A DNA stretch of 64,000 bases from positions 28,272,001 through 28,336,000 of the forward strand of contig JBITNC010000001.1 in the NCBI GenBank assembly GCA_050084985.1. Direction: 5' to 3'. The DNA comes from Nageia nagi (taxonomy: Eukaryota > Plantae > Pinophyta). The notes below the pieces were generated by a model. That model had not been told where the DNA came from. It searched no databases and worked only from the letters and a program-made list of their open reading frames with translations. This document shows positions 13,701-25,400 of this stretch, one piece after another; positions within the stretch are counted from its first letter, which is position 1; each line of letters opens with the position of its first letter. The translations under genes were made by a program, and so were the position numbers.

Positions 13701-16700
13701 TTTCACACAGTAAACATCCCATGGAATCAATTTATTATGCTACTGTATATTTAAAGAAGGGACATTGCTGAATCTCCAAGCAAATAACAAATGTAACCTT
13801 GAATCTCAAATTCTGACTGCAAATGTGTTCAAATGGTTTTAAATGAATTGCTTTTCCATAATAGTTTTCACCAAGAAGCCTCATGTTGTAGTGGTCTTAA
13901 TAGCTTGATTTAATGAAATCCGTGTTTTGAACCTTTTATGCATTTTGATACTTCAAACATTCTTGCAACTATTTAAAAGAACTTTTAAGAAATCCTTCTA
14001 CATTAACCTGTTCTGCATGAAAGGGATTATTACAATTGACTTGTAAGCCCAACATTCACGCTTGCATCTTCTAATATCCTTATCCATAGAAACCTCTATT
14101 CAATTTCAGAGTATTAATATATTAATTTTCTTTTTGTAAATATATTTATTTTTATGAAATTGCCTTAATTCATCATAAGCAGGATTCTGGTAACTCACAG
14201 AATGCATTTTAAACATACTTTAATTTGCAGCTTTGAGGAAGCACTTAATCTTGCCATGAGAGGAGACTCAACACAAATTGATATGCTTGTGGGAGATATA
14301 TACGGTTAGTTTGGCATAACTTCATGTCTCTGTCTATGGTCATTATGGTAGTATATTTTGTGTATTCAACTTGTCTTTTAGATTTCAGTGATTTGCAACA
14401 TGTAGGTGTTGATCAGTATTAATGTATATTTCAAACATCTAGGCGGTGATTATATGGAGATGGATTTAGCAGCAACCACGGTGGCAAGCTCGTTTGGCAA
14501 GGTCCCTTTCTAGATCTTTCTTACTCAAACACACATGTAGGTCACAAATGTATATACAATCACTTATGGAAAATACTCACGCTATTCATTTTTAGAATTA
14601 GGGAAAAGACATAAATTGGATTCAGTAAAGAAACTCGATCAAATTTTGTTTTCCCCAATCTTTAGTAAGGAAAAACAGATGCTACATGCAACAATTTGTT
14701 ACATTTTTATGACTGGGAAATTATCAGATGTTGCTACCAATAGCCTTGAATCTGCGGTGTTTGTAATTAATTTGATGTTTACCAATATCTTGAATATTAA
14801 CAGGTATGGCCTGAAAGTTGTACTGTGTAATAGAGATAATGTTATTTATCATGATTGATTTTTTTGTTTGGCTAAAAAACATTGAATGGAATTCTAAATT
14901 TTAGCAATAACTTTGGTCATGGTATAACTAGTGGTTCAAGATATTATAATAGCTATTTGTCGACACAAAAAATAACAATGTATTAAAACATGTACAATTA
15001 ATTGTGTCTATGGAAATAAAAATAGATTAATAGCAAAATGCAATTTATAGATCTAGACACTAGGATATACAATATTTACAAGAGGAGATATAGAGAAGAC
15101 TTATTTGGAATTGGGGGATAGAAGGTAAGCTAATGAACAACTTGTCTTCTTGAAGGACGAATCTTGGTGTTCTAGAGCAAGTGAACCATAGATTGGAGAT
15201 GTGTTGGACCAAAATCAACATTTGAAACTGTTTTGAAGTCAATCTAGGTTAGGAACCAGATTGGAGCTAAGGCCCCAATACATGAGTGTTTTGGGATGTG
15301 AGGTTAGAATGTTTGTGCTTTGGGTCTAACATTGTTCTAGTGTGCCACAAATTTTGACTAACACATTCTACAATCTTTGACTTGGTTTAGATGATCTCTT
15401 GCAAATTTTTGTTGTGGTGCCTACGTATATGAATTGAGAAAAAGCTTGGAAGAATGTTGATCAATCTTGCAAAGGATATTAGCGTTAGAGCATCTTTTCT
15501 AAATTTTAAGAAATGTCTCCCATTAACAAATGGGTCTTAGCTATTTGCTTTATATAGACTTAGGGAAGTCTAATTTTGAATTCTCTTAGGTGAGAGAGCC
15601 TAAGGTGATGTGAACATGAGAATGTAAAATTAAAAGATATTATTTAAGTTAATGTTTAAAAATGACTCCAAGTGGGTCCAAAATTGACACTTTACACAAA
15701 TCAAATAAAATACTTAAATAAATACATTTTAAATAACCAAAATGCAAATTTAAGTGTCTATAGATTGCCCCATTTGGGGGTGTGGTTGAAGGAGAGAGCT
15801 CAAAACCACATGTACCAGAATTTAAAATGATTTAGAGCTTGATGAAGCCTTGTGCAACTACCCTTGCTATGATCTTGCAAGATGATAGGAGGCAAAAGAA
15901 AATATATTATGAAAAACATATGATGATCAAACCTATTGTGATATGGTAGGAGACTTGTCCTTGCTCTAGAGGTTGAAAAGGGCAAATGAAAGCATTTATG
16001 GTCATGTTCTTTCTAAGTGAAGCAAATGGTATTGATTGTCCCTTTTGCTTTGCCTCCTTAATGAATTGCAATATTCATGCTTTGGTGTTGGTGAGTTTTC
16101 TTATAAGATAAGAGATAATGCTAAAAGATTTATGATATGGTAAATAGCTTCTAACAATTTCATGATAGAGAGCCATTTCATGGACAAGATACGTTGCAGC
16201 CATCTCATGGAATAAAGCCAATGTGAAAGAAAGCCCATTCCAAACATAAGTATAGTAATCCCTAGAATCATTGGGAGAGATTGTATTACATTCCAATTTG
16301 GTATACTCCATTGTGTTCGTTGAGATCATTATTCTCGTGAGTAATTGCCAATTCTCACATGTTTTTGACAAAAAGAGTAACTTGACTAAATACTTGTAGG
16401 CAAGTTTTTGTAAATTTCAAGCAACTTGCAAAGAAACTTGTCGAGTACTCATGAGAAACTTGGGAACTTAAAAACTAGAATGTGAAAAACACAAGAATTT
16501 TGCACAATTGTGGGTTAAGAGGGAAAAATGTTTTTTTTTTTTCTCATTTCATCTCTCCTGCTACCCATTTAACTCTACAAGTATGCTCATGGAGGATTTG
16601 AAGGTTCATTTGTGACGTCCCATTTGAGCCAATGATCAATTGTATCATGGCCCTTTGTATTCTAGTGTTTGTTCATGTTCATGTTGTGTATGTGTAACTC

Positions 16701-19700
16701 AAGCAAGAGCTTATGGTCTATGGACCCCATTGTGAGCCCAATAATGGGATGTTTCCCCTTGAGTAGTGATGTGTGTTGTGATGGGTTATCCCGGATTGTG
16801 GGAATCCCAATGTGTTGTGTGTAGTTCATGGGTGATCTCGGATTGTGGGAATCCCAAGGTAGTCATGTGTCATGCATGTTGGAGGTGCACGACGGAGTGT
16901 GCCAGCATTGGGAGAACCCCACATACCCCACATTGGCTCATGAGACCTTACAGATCCCCATGTCAGCCTAGAAGGCCATTTGGACCCCACGTCAGCCTTG
17001 AGGCCTTTATGACGCCCATGTTGGCATGGTTGACTTGTTGACCCCAATGATGGATTAGAAATGGCTTGGGGTGATAACGAGGCATGATCCGTGTACATGA
17101 GAGACTATATATAGGGGATGAGACCCCACCATGAGGTACCACTTATCATACACTTTCTATACCAATCTTTATCGGGCAACAAAGTCTTAGCGGTGCTGAG
17201 CAACTATTCCTAGATGGCATCTAGAGGAGTGGCAGGGTTGGGAGCCTGACATTCTACGGCTTAGGTGGGTCACCTAGCCCATCTGGTGGAATTCCGAGGA
17301 TGAGCTTCTACCTTTATTGGTCACTAGGGTTCGAGGAGACTCCTTCACAGGAGGGGATTCAGATATCTGAGGGAGTTAGTCTAATCCTACGGTTCGGATC
17401 TATATAGAGGGTTTGGAACCCTAGTTTGGTATCTTCATTATTCATCATTGTATCTCATAGCCATATAGGCATTTAATTGTGTTTCGTATATCATTGTGTT
17501 CCATTGTATGCATGCATTGGCCCTTGTGGCATTGTGTTGTTGTTATACCATTGTATGTTCCATACATTGTGATATATTGGTGTTGGAAGCTTCATACTTG
17601 TGTTGTATTGCTTTGTATACCCATCGTTGGCATTTTTGTGTTGTGCAATTGTGTTGTGGACCAATCGTAGGGTTTGCAGGGTGTTGGAGAAGCCCTAAGG
17701 GCTGACGTTAGCATTGTGTGGCCATCTTTTAGTGTTGTGTGAGGTGTGGGGGCTTTGGGAGACCCACTTTGGTATTGTGGAGTTGTTGTGTGCCCTAGAG
17801 GGCAATTGTTGGCGTTGTGATTACATTGTGGTGTGGTTGTTTGGTGTTTGAGGGTTGCAGAAACCCTAGTGTTGATTGTTTTTAATTGAGGATAGTTTTG
17901 GATCCTCACATCATTGTTGATTCACAAAGATTCACTTTGAGCTTTTCACCATAGATTTTAAGAGATTTTGTGATTCATCCAAGAGTTTTCAATTTTCATT
18001 GTGTATTTGAAGAGGTAGGGTTTTGTTTTTTTTTTAAAGAAATTCTTTTTCTTTATTTGTTTGTTTATGGCAATGCCCATATTTGAAATGGGTATTGTTC
18101 TTTTATTCATATTTTGTAAATTCAAACTTTTTTTTCGCTTTCTTGTTTCAAAATCGACATAGTTGAAATAGATTTTTTTTGTTATTCCTTTGTGAATTCA
18201 TTAAAAATTAGGGTTTTTAAATTTTTTTCAATCAAAATTATTTTTGTTTTCTTTTCTTCAAATAGTTTTTTTTTGTTTGCACATGGCATTTGAAAATGAG
18301 GGTTATTTAAGTGCATTAGGAGGGAAAGATCTTGCTTGGAAGCATGGGAAGAAATGTGATTTTCCAAACCATGTAATTTGCATTTATTGCAAAAACCGTT
18401 ATAGAGGTTGTATTAATAGATTTAAATACTGAATTGCAAGGATACTTGGCAAAGATGTAGGGTTTTATGATGTTGTGCCCTTTGAGTTCAATAGCAAGAT
18501 TCAAGCCTTGCTTCCAAAACAAAACAAAAAAAATCAGAAAGAAAAGGACCAAGGTTGTAGTTAGAGCAAGGCTTGGGGGGAACTTTGGCTTCAATGATTG
18601 TTGAGGTTGTGAATCAATATCAACATCAAAGTCTATTTTTGGTCTACACATTTGGTCTTCGACTCTTTGGGTGGTGATAGTACAACTGTAGATAAGCAAA
18701 ATCTAATGGAGGGTTTTTTTGGTCCTCATGGAGAGGGACAACATTCCTGAATACTACAACGTGGGGAACCAGAAAATCTATGTAGCTCAAACAGTAGCAA
18801 CAAATTTTTGGCACTAGTGCAACATACCTTTTAGTGTTGCAGATAATCCTTACTAGGAGGCCATGGTGACAATGTTCAACATAGTTGTGAGAGAGATGAA
18901 GCTCCTTACGGCAAAGGATTTTAGTGGTCCTTTGATTGAGGAAGTTGTTACAAATACACGTGCCCTATTAGAGGAGCCAAAGAAAGTATGGCACAAATAT
19001 GGATGAACATTCTATCTGATGGGTGGACGATGCGAGAAATTGCACATATATCAACTTCATAGTGGCTTCAAGTAGATCAATGATCTTCATGAAGTTGGTT
19101 GACACCTCCCAAGAGATGAAAAATGCGTAGTTCCTTTTTGGATTGTTGTCTAAGTAATAATGAACAACACTTCAACTTATGTAGCTACAAGGAGACTTCT
19201 TGAGAAGTACTCCACTTTAATTTGGAGACTATCTGCAGCACATTGCATTTTCCTAATTGTTGAGAACATTGGCAAACTTTTATAGATTAAGAGTGTAGTT
19301 GAAGAAGTCATTTTGTTATCTAAAGCCCAAAACACCCAACGCTTTGGCACCGCAAATCCAACATGCAAACACTTTGTTCTTGAGCCTTGACAACTCTTGT
19401 GGTTGAACCAAGTCATTCTAAAATGTTTATATATTTGTCTTAGCGTCATCCAAAGCAGAATTATGTCTTATCATCTTCAGGATCATCTTTACAATTATCA
19501 TCATATCTAGATTTGTCATTTGGTTACAGCTAGAGTTTTACCTTCAAGATCACAAGCTATCTACCAACAAACCTCCAATCAACCCAGCATATAAGTTTTC
19601 TCTATATCTCTTGCGAATTTACCTAATCTTAATTGCTATACTGCATATACTTTAAATCTATTTTTCGTTCAGTAGACATAAATAAATTCAATATATTTTC

Positions 19701-22401
19701 ATACATTGTTCTTTATTGTGTTTACTGTAGGATATATTCAATAAACCCACCTTGTCTAAGTGGCGCATAGTTCTTAGCTGCCTCCAAACACTTGTCCCAT
19801 TGGTTTTGAAGTTCTCATCTGGTGCCTTGTTCTTACTTATCAATGGATGATTTAGGAGGACTCCATCGTTTGAGTAAAAAGTTGAGGAAAGTCTCTTAAA
19901 TGCATTCAGGATTCAATTGATCATATTCAGTGCTTCATATTATTGTCATACTGTCGTTTTGTCCCCAGTTCCATCCCTTGTTGCTAGAACTTAGTCTCCA
20001 GACTATCTATTGATCCTTCTGGATCACAAATGTTCACTAAGTTGCAAGGAATTTCTGCACAAATGTAGTGGACGAAGTGCTTAATACCACTTTTCCATTC
20101 ACGAAATACTTTAAGCAAAATGATTCATCAATAAGATTTGTCTTAGACGCATCGAAGAAGTGTGTATTGATATTAAATAGGAAGCACAATTTAAATCTCA
20201 GGCAGGTGAAATCTAAAACTCTTTTCTGATACAAAAGATTTCATTTTATAGTTATCTAGGAGGAATGCAAATAGATTACAAGACCATTAATGTTACTGTT
20301 TTTTTTATACATTTGTGTATGAATGTTCAATAGATCATCTTTAGATGGCAAATCATCATGGCTACGCAACTGCAATTCTGTTTTTTGGATTTCAGAATTT
20401 TAAAATATTCGATCAACTTTCATCTGATTGCTTGTACATAACTCTAGAGGTTTAAATTGGTTCATATGAGACTTCGTTGACCATCTAGCTTGTTAAACAT
20501 TTAGTATTTGTAAAGACATTCTATTTTTGACTATCAACACGGCTGCTTATTCACAACTTATCTTGTATTCCTAATCTAGTGAATAAATCAGCCATTTTCA
20601 AATCTCAGAGTTGAGTCACAAAAGTGATACAAGGATACCACAAATTCTTGTTCTGGGCAGTTCTATTCTCCCTGCTAAGAACTCATCGTGAGATCAATGT
20701 CCATGTATCCATCCATCCAAGGTGGCATTCCTCATGACACTGAATAAGCCATGGAGCTCGGACTGATCAAAGATTTCTTCCTTTTGCAGAATTTCCACTG
20801 GACATTCAATTTATAGTTTATTGGTTTGACCAACTTGATTTCCAGATCATAAAAGCTGAAGTTAGCAAACTTCTCGTGAAAGTAATTTGTTGAATGTGTT
20901 CATGATCAGTGTCTTTGACCAATATGTTTACTTTTTTTAGTCTATTGTGTATGTTTCAAAGCCACACATAATCGAGCATAGTTTCTGGAGTACACGTCTC
21001 TCCCCTAGTACTTGTCATGGAAAAGGAAATGCATGAAAACCCCAAGAGACTCTAGTCTTATATTGGGTAAGGCAAAAAATTGTGGGGACCCAATACTACT
21101 CACATCATCAGGCAGTTTTCTTAAATGAGTCTGTATCTCCCAAAAAACATAATAGCATTCCTTACCACTCCCAAAAAAACAGATTAGCATTCTTCTCTGC
21201 TAATTAAGATTCAGAAAAACAATTTCACAAAAATCCTTACTAAGAACATCACATTATTCCATCAATAAATCCTTTAGAAACAACAATATACATCCCACCA
21301 TTGTTTGGAACTTGACATCCATATAAAGTAAAACTGTAAAAGTAAAATCAACATTTAATGTTCTTAGATTATCACCAATGTAAGGGGTGAGAGTTTAACT
21401 TGAAACCTTCAATGTGGGTACCTTCAGACCTCATGTGTCTCCCAACTAACCTAATGTATAAGGCTTAAGTTGCTCAGATTGCAATCTCAACTATTGAACC
21501 AGTTTGTTGGAAACCATGATGAAAATTCTAAGTCTATCTTCAGCCATATCAAAAAAGGTACTACTTTGAAAGTCTAGCCTATATACTTTTTTTCCCTAGC
21601 ATTGCCTTTGGCAACCATCAAATTTATCCCTCACTGGAACTCCTTTTTTCTGTGATGAAAGCAATTTAAATTTCATTGTAAATTTTAGGTCAGGTTTATA
21701 TTTATGCAGAGATTTTAATTTCATAAAGCATCCATTCATTATGTAAGAATGTTTAGATTGATATGTGAAGACAACCTGATAGTAGGGACATTCAAATAAA
21801 GAACATAGTGTTTTCACGTTTTCATTTCTAACCTTTGATTCAGCTAGTTGAGCCAGCAAAAAGAGATGCAGCAATGAAGACACCAGAACATTTAGCAAAA
21901 GCAGTATTGCTAATGATCACAAATAACATTGGTTCACTTGCAATGTTGCATGCTCAAGCAGCAGGAGTTGAACATGTTCTGTTTACAGGCAGTTTTCTAC
22001 GTGGAAATAAAGTAAAATTTGATATAATCTTTGAGATTCAGAAGTGTGAAATTTTGACAATTTTTTTGTAAATATCTGCTTATTAAATCAATTACAAATA
22101 TTTTGTTGCAGGTAGCGGCAAGGCTATTAGCAGTAGCAATGGAATTTTGGTCCAAAGGCCTGATTAAGGTGAGACAAAAGAATCTACCACAGAAAACTAA
22201 ATAGTTATTTCTCAAGATATCCTGAGTGTGTCCATTTCTGCAATCTAATGTTTGCTTGGTAGAAATTTGTTTCATTAACAAATACATAAGAACAACATAA
22301 AGTAACGTGTTGGTGCATGTATTGTCCAGGCAATATTCTTAAGGCATGAAGGACATGCTGGAGCAGTTGGGGCAATGCTATATGTCTCGGATCCAAAATA
22401 A
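7480..22401 (+). CDS. PANK: Type II (fumble-family) pantothenate kinase, 5'-partial spliced gene: join(7480..7718,7866..7951,9861..9902,14231..14304,14443..14501,21844..22011,22112..22168,22330..22401)
   Basis: Eight GT-AG-bounded exons with consistent phases join into an open frame of about 264 aa. It contains [60 protein letters not shown], FWSKG and FLRHEG, and stops at TAA 22399-22401. Confidence 0.93.
7866..7951 (+). CDS. PANK: PanK exon [28 protein letters not shown]
   Basis: cag acceptor, AG/gt donor, hallmark NIGSGVS and GTSLGG motifs. Confidence 0.92.
9861..9902 (+). CDS. PANK: PanK 42-nt exon (S)TFLGLASALTGCN(S)
   Basis: Strong polypyrimidine tract plus gcag; AG/gttagt donor; phase 2-2 fits both neighbours. 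Confidence 0.88.
11946..13160 (-). mobile_element. Ty3/gypsy gag remnant (CRM-like) fused to an LTR-like segment (about 11946-12268)
   Basis: DPEELIDWIAELEKYF...KLKG/HASLWW...LQN...SVKDYIEEFYRL...SRYMNGLR in ORFs 12695..12889 and 12393..12608, with frameshift and stop. Confidence 0.8.
14231..14304 (+). CDS. PANK: PanK exon [24 protein letters not shown](G)
   Basis: tttgcag acceptor, G/gttagt donor, DMLVGDIYG motif. Confidence 0.92.
14443..14501 (+). CDS. PANK: PanK exon (G)GDYMEMDLAATTVASSFGK
   Basis: ctag acceptor, AAG/gt donor, ASSFGK motif. Confidence 0.88.
15003..16060 (-). mobile_element. Tat/Ogre-like 3' LTR (about 15003-15762) with polypurine tract and adjacent 3' region
   Basis: Right end aagtgtctata followed by gattgccccatttg; the same end-plus-PPT pattern recurs at 39336 and 49382. 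Confidence 0.5.
16310..19420 (+). mobile_element. Decayed hAT transposon (BED finger + DUF659-like transposase pseudogene), interrupted by a solo LTR
   Basis: ATG 18283: KDLAWKHG...VICIYCK...GCINRFKY; later NIPF.VA.NPY, ILSDGWT (about 19010) and TRF-like motifs, with stops and frameshifts. Confidence 0.8.
16611..17910 (+). mobile_element. Solo LTR, 1300 bp, with 5-bp target-site duplication TCATT
   Basis: TGTGA...TCACA inverted termini; TCATT at 16606-16610 and 17911-17915; TATATATAG at about 17106; no internal domains. Confidence 0.9.
21844..22011 (+). CDS. PANK: PanK exon LVEPAK...[14 protein letters not shown]...FTGSFLRGNK
   Basis: ttcag acceptor; matches ORF 21835..22071; gtaaaa donor. 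Confidence 0.9.
22112..22168 (+). CDS. PANK: PanK exon [19 protein letters not shown]
   Basis: ttgcag acceptor, AAG/gtgaga donor, FWSKG motif. Confidence 0.9.
22330..22401 (+). CDS. PANK: PanK last coding exon [23 protein letters not shown]
   Basis: tccag acceptor, FLRHEG..GAVGA motif, TAA stop. Confidence 0.9.
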   Translation, partial: [23 protein letters not shown]

Positions 22402-25400
22402 AAAGACTTACACTATTTTCCTTGTATGATTGTTGCATTTGTAGCATGTAAGTTGCATATATCACATAAGGAGCAGCAAGTGTAACCACCAAAAACATTC
22501 AAATATTTATGATTGTGGTACCTGTTGCATAGGTGAACCCCTTATATTGTAACATGAGCAGCAAGCTAAACCATTGAAAATGTGCAAATAGTTATGATTG
22601 TGGTACCTGTTATATATTGTGAATCCTTAATATTGCGTATATATTGTTATTCGTCTTCTCTGGCATATAGGGCTGGACACAAGTTGCGGTATAAATTCAA
22701 TGAATGCATAAAGAAACAATCTTCTTGTGTTTGCAACCAAGTTGGAGAACTTTTCATATCAAACGTCTATGGCGATTTAGAGGAAGGGCAATAGTTGCTG
22801 AAAGAATAAAAATTGGCTATCCAAATAAAACTCAGCAAGTATACGTTTTTCATATCACTAAACTACTTCAATTCATGGTTTGATCAATTATTTGAGGATT
22901 GAGCTCCTATCTTCATATGAAGCGTGGAGGACTTGGAAAATGATCATTATGGCACTGTGGTGGTGTATTCTAATGTGTAAGGCATATACTTATGGCATAT
23001 GGTCTGTTTTGTGGTTGTTGCCCTGGTTAAAGGGGGGCCCTTCATGGTTAGCAAATATTTTAAGGAATTGATATCTTAAGTCTAAGCATTGGATGATAAC
23101 CCAAAAAACTGCAAAAGGCTGCATCAGCATGATTAGCTTGTCCACAAAAATAGGGGTGGATTGCAACCCTTGTTCGAAATCTACCCGTCAAAATAAAAAT
23201 GTGAAAATTGTTTAGCTTAAATAGATTGAATCATAATAAATGCTGGTAGTTGTTTGCTCCAAAGTTGCAAGGCAAACAATGGTGGACTTATGCGTTTTGT
23301 AGTTGTTGCCCTGTTTAATGAAGTGGCCTCCATGGCCAGCGAATATTTAAGAGGAGGACAACTTTTGCCTGAATAGTTTGTATCATGCATTCATTTTTGT
23401 GTATCCTGGTGTCTTATTTGCTGATTGCATGTTCGAAAGAGAAATATATTTTCTTCTTATAAAATGTATCAATTAAATTTATTTAGTGTCAGACTATTGA
23501 AGATATTTGATGTGTTCAAAATGAGTTCCATGCTATTCGATACATTGAGAAGCCAAAAAAAAAAATAGCATGGTCAGTTTGTTCAAAACTAAGGGTGGTT
23601 TGCAATCTTTGCTCAAAATCTACCTTTCAAAACAAAAAGATGGTGATGTCGAGCTTATTTGACATGACTCTATGTTGGATAAATCGACCTTTCAAAACAA
23701 AAATGAGAAGATTATTGAACTTGTATTTCAAAACAAATTAGATAATAAGCTTCTTAAAAAAAAAGAAATTGAGGAATTTTACAAGAAACCATAATTTATC
23801 ACCCTTTACTTATTTCCCACATCCCAACCATTTCAAGTTCAAGCTAAACTACAAAGTGCAATGCACAAAAGACATTGACAAAGACTCTGATATAGCATTC
23901 CAAATAAAATTAAATAATATTTACAAATTGCATTTGAAAACTACAAATGATACATAGGAATAGGTGATCTTTCTTAAAGTTTGCAAATAGACAATCACAT
24001 GGAAGAGCATTGTCAACACCGATGATGAAATGTGCAGTTAAAGTTGAATCTCAATTACCAATCAATTAACAATCGAAGCAACACTCCTACAGAATTAAAA
24101 GCCAAAACACGTTATAGAACCTGACTATAAGAATCAGAATCCACAAGCAGTTCACTGCAAATTGTTCCAAATGGCTCTCGCCCTTAAATAATAATGTACT
24201 CATGTACATTCAGAGTCACTTGCGGGTGGGAGAGTATGCACTGGGGTAGGTTGGAGTAATTGAGCCGGAACAATACAAGGTTCTCGTGAACCATTTTCCC
24301 CCGTTACATCACTTGCCAAAAGACATACGAGAGAATATTAGATGCTTTCAAGGGTTTATCCTCTTAAGTCCCCTCTCTTTGGGGCCCCAAGGAATCGCTC
24401 ATTATAAATCATTAATAAAGCAAAAGCCTGGCTGTTTGAGAAAGCACAATCCATCGCACTGATTGGCCCCAGCATCGATTGTTGTTGTCCAAGCCCTTTG
24501 TAAATCCTAGGCACCATTTCATCTGATTGATCTCCCTTCTCCAGAATCCACCTTTAGTGAGGCATTTGTTCTCCCATCCTTGACATTAGACCATGAGGCT
24601 TCCCATTTCAACAAGGACACACATTTCTGATTGTCAACAGGATGTATAATTGGGAAATGAAAAATTCAACATGGAAAAGAAATGTCTAGAGCCAACATTA
24701 CCCAATGGGATCCATGTTGGTCCATGATAAAATGATCCCTATGAAAACAACAAATGCAATAGAACAAATCAAACAGAAAAAAAATAGATGGATCAAATTA
24801 ACCATTTTTACTGACTCTTAGCCCCACATACAATCACAGCTTGAAAGTGTTGACATTTGATTAAAAAATTTGTAACATACTTGTTAAATTATATTCCAAG
24901 AAAATGATGTTAAATTGATTTCAGAAACTAGTTTGTACATTACATTGCACAACCAAAATGTAACCACCATGGCCAATTAAGGGTATAATGATGTATTTCA
25001 ACCCATAACAATTTCAACAACAAAGCTCTTTCCAAAGCATGTATAATTCAAAAATTAAGCAGTGGACATTAGCAAATATTGTAAAAAATAAATATCTATG
25101 TATTGTATATAATGTAAATAAGTTGCTATATACAAATGTTGCGTGTGATTTTACTATCTCACATTGCTATTTACTTCGTTCTGATATCTAAAATAAGATC
25201 AATAATGATTTCATTGTTTAGAGAGGGCCATATAACTTTTGTTTAAACCCAAAAACAGCTTCTGACATCTAACACCACCTATTTCAAATTTTCAACCAAC
25301 TAATATACCCTTTCATAAAGCTCAATATAACTTGCTAGCGATTGTTCATAACAAGGAGCCTTTGTTTACTGGCAAGTCATTAGAATATTTTTGGCACTCA

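Noticed and set aside
19430-21000. Possible LINE RT remnants (also about 8480-8930)
   Set aside because: The motifs are too degraded to support by eye; RepeatMasker or TBLASTN would be needed.
24224-24580. Canonical plant telomerase RNA or RNase MRP RNA
   Set aside because: The template-like TAAACCCT is only 8 nt and lies on the strand opposite the promoter-like and GGCTGTTTGAG motifs. There is no T-run terminator and the MRP 3' motif is missing. Kept only as an unassigned candidate.
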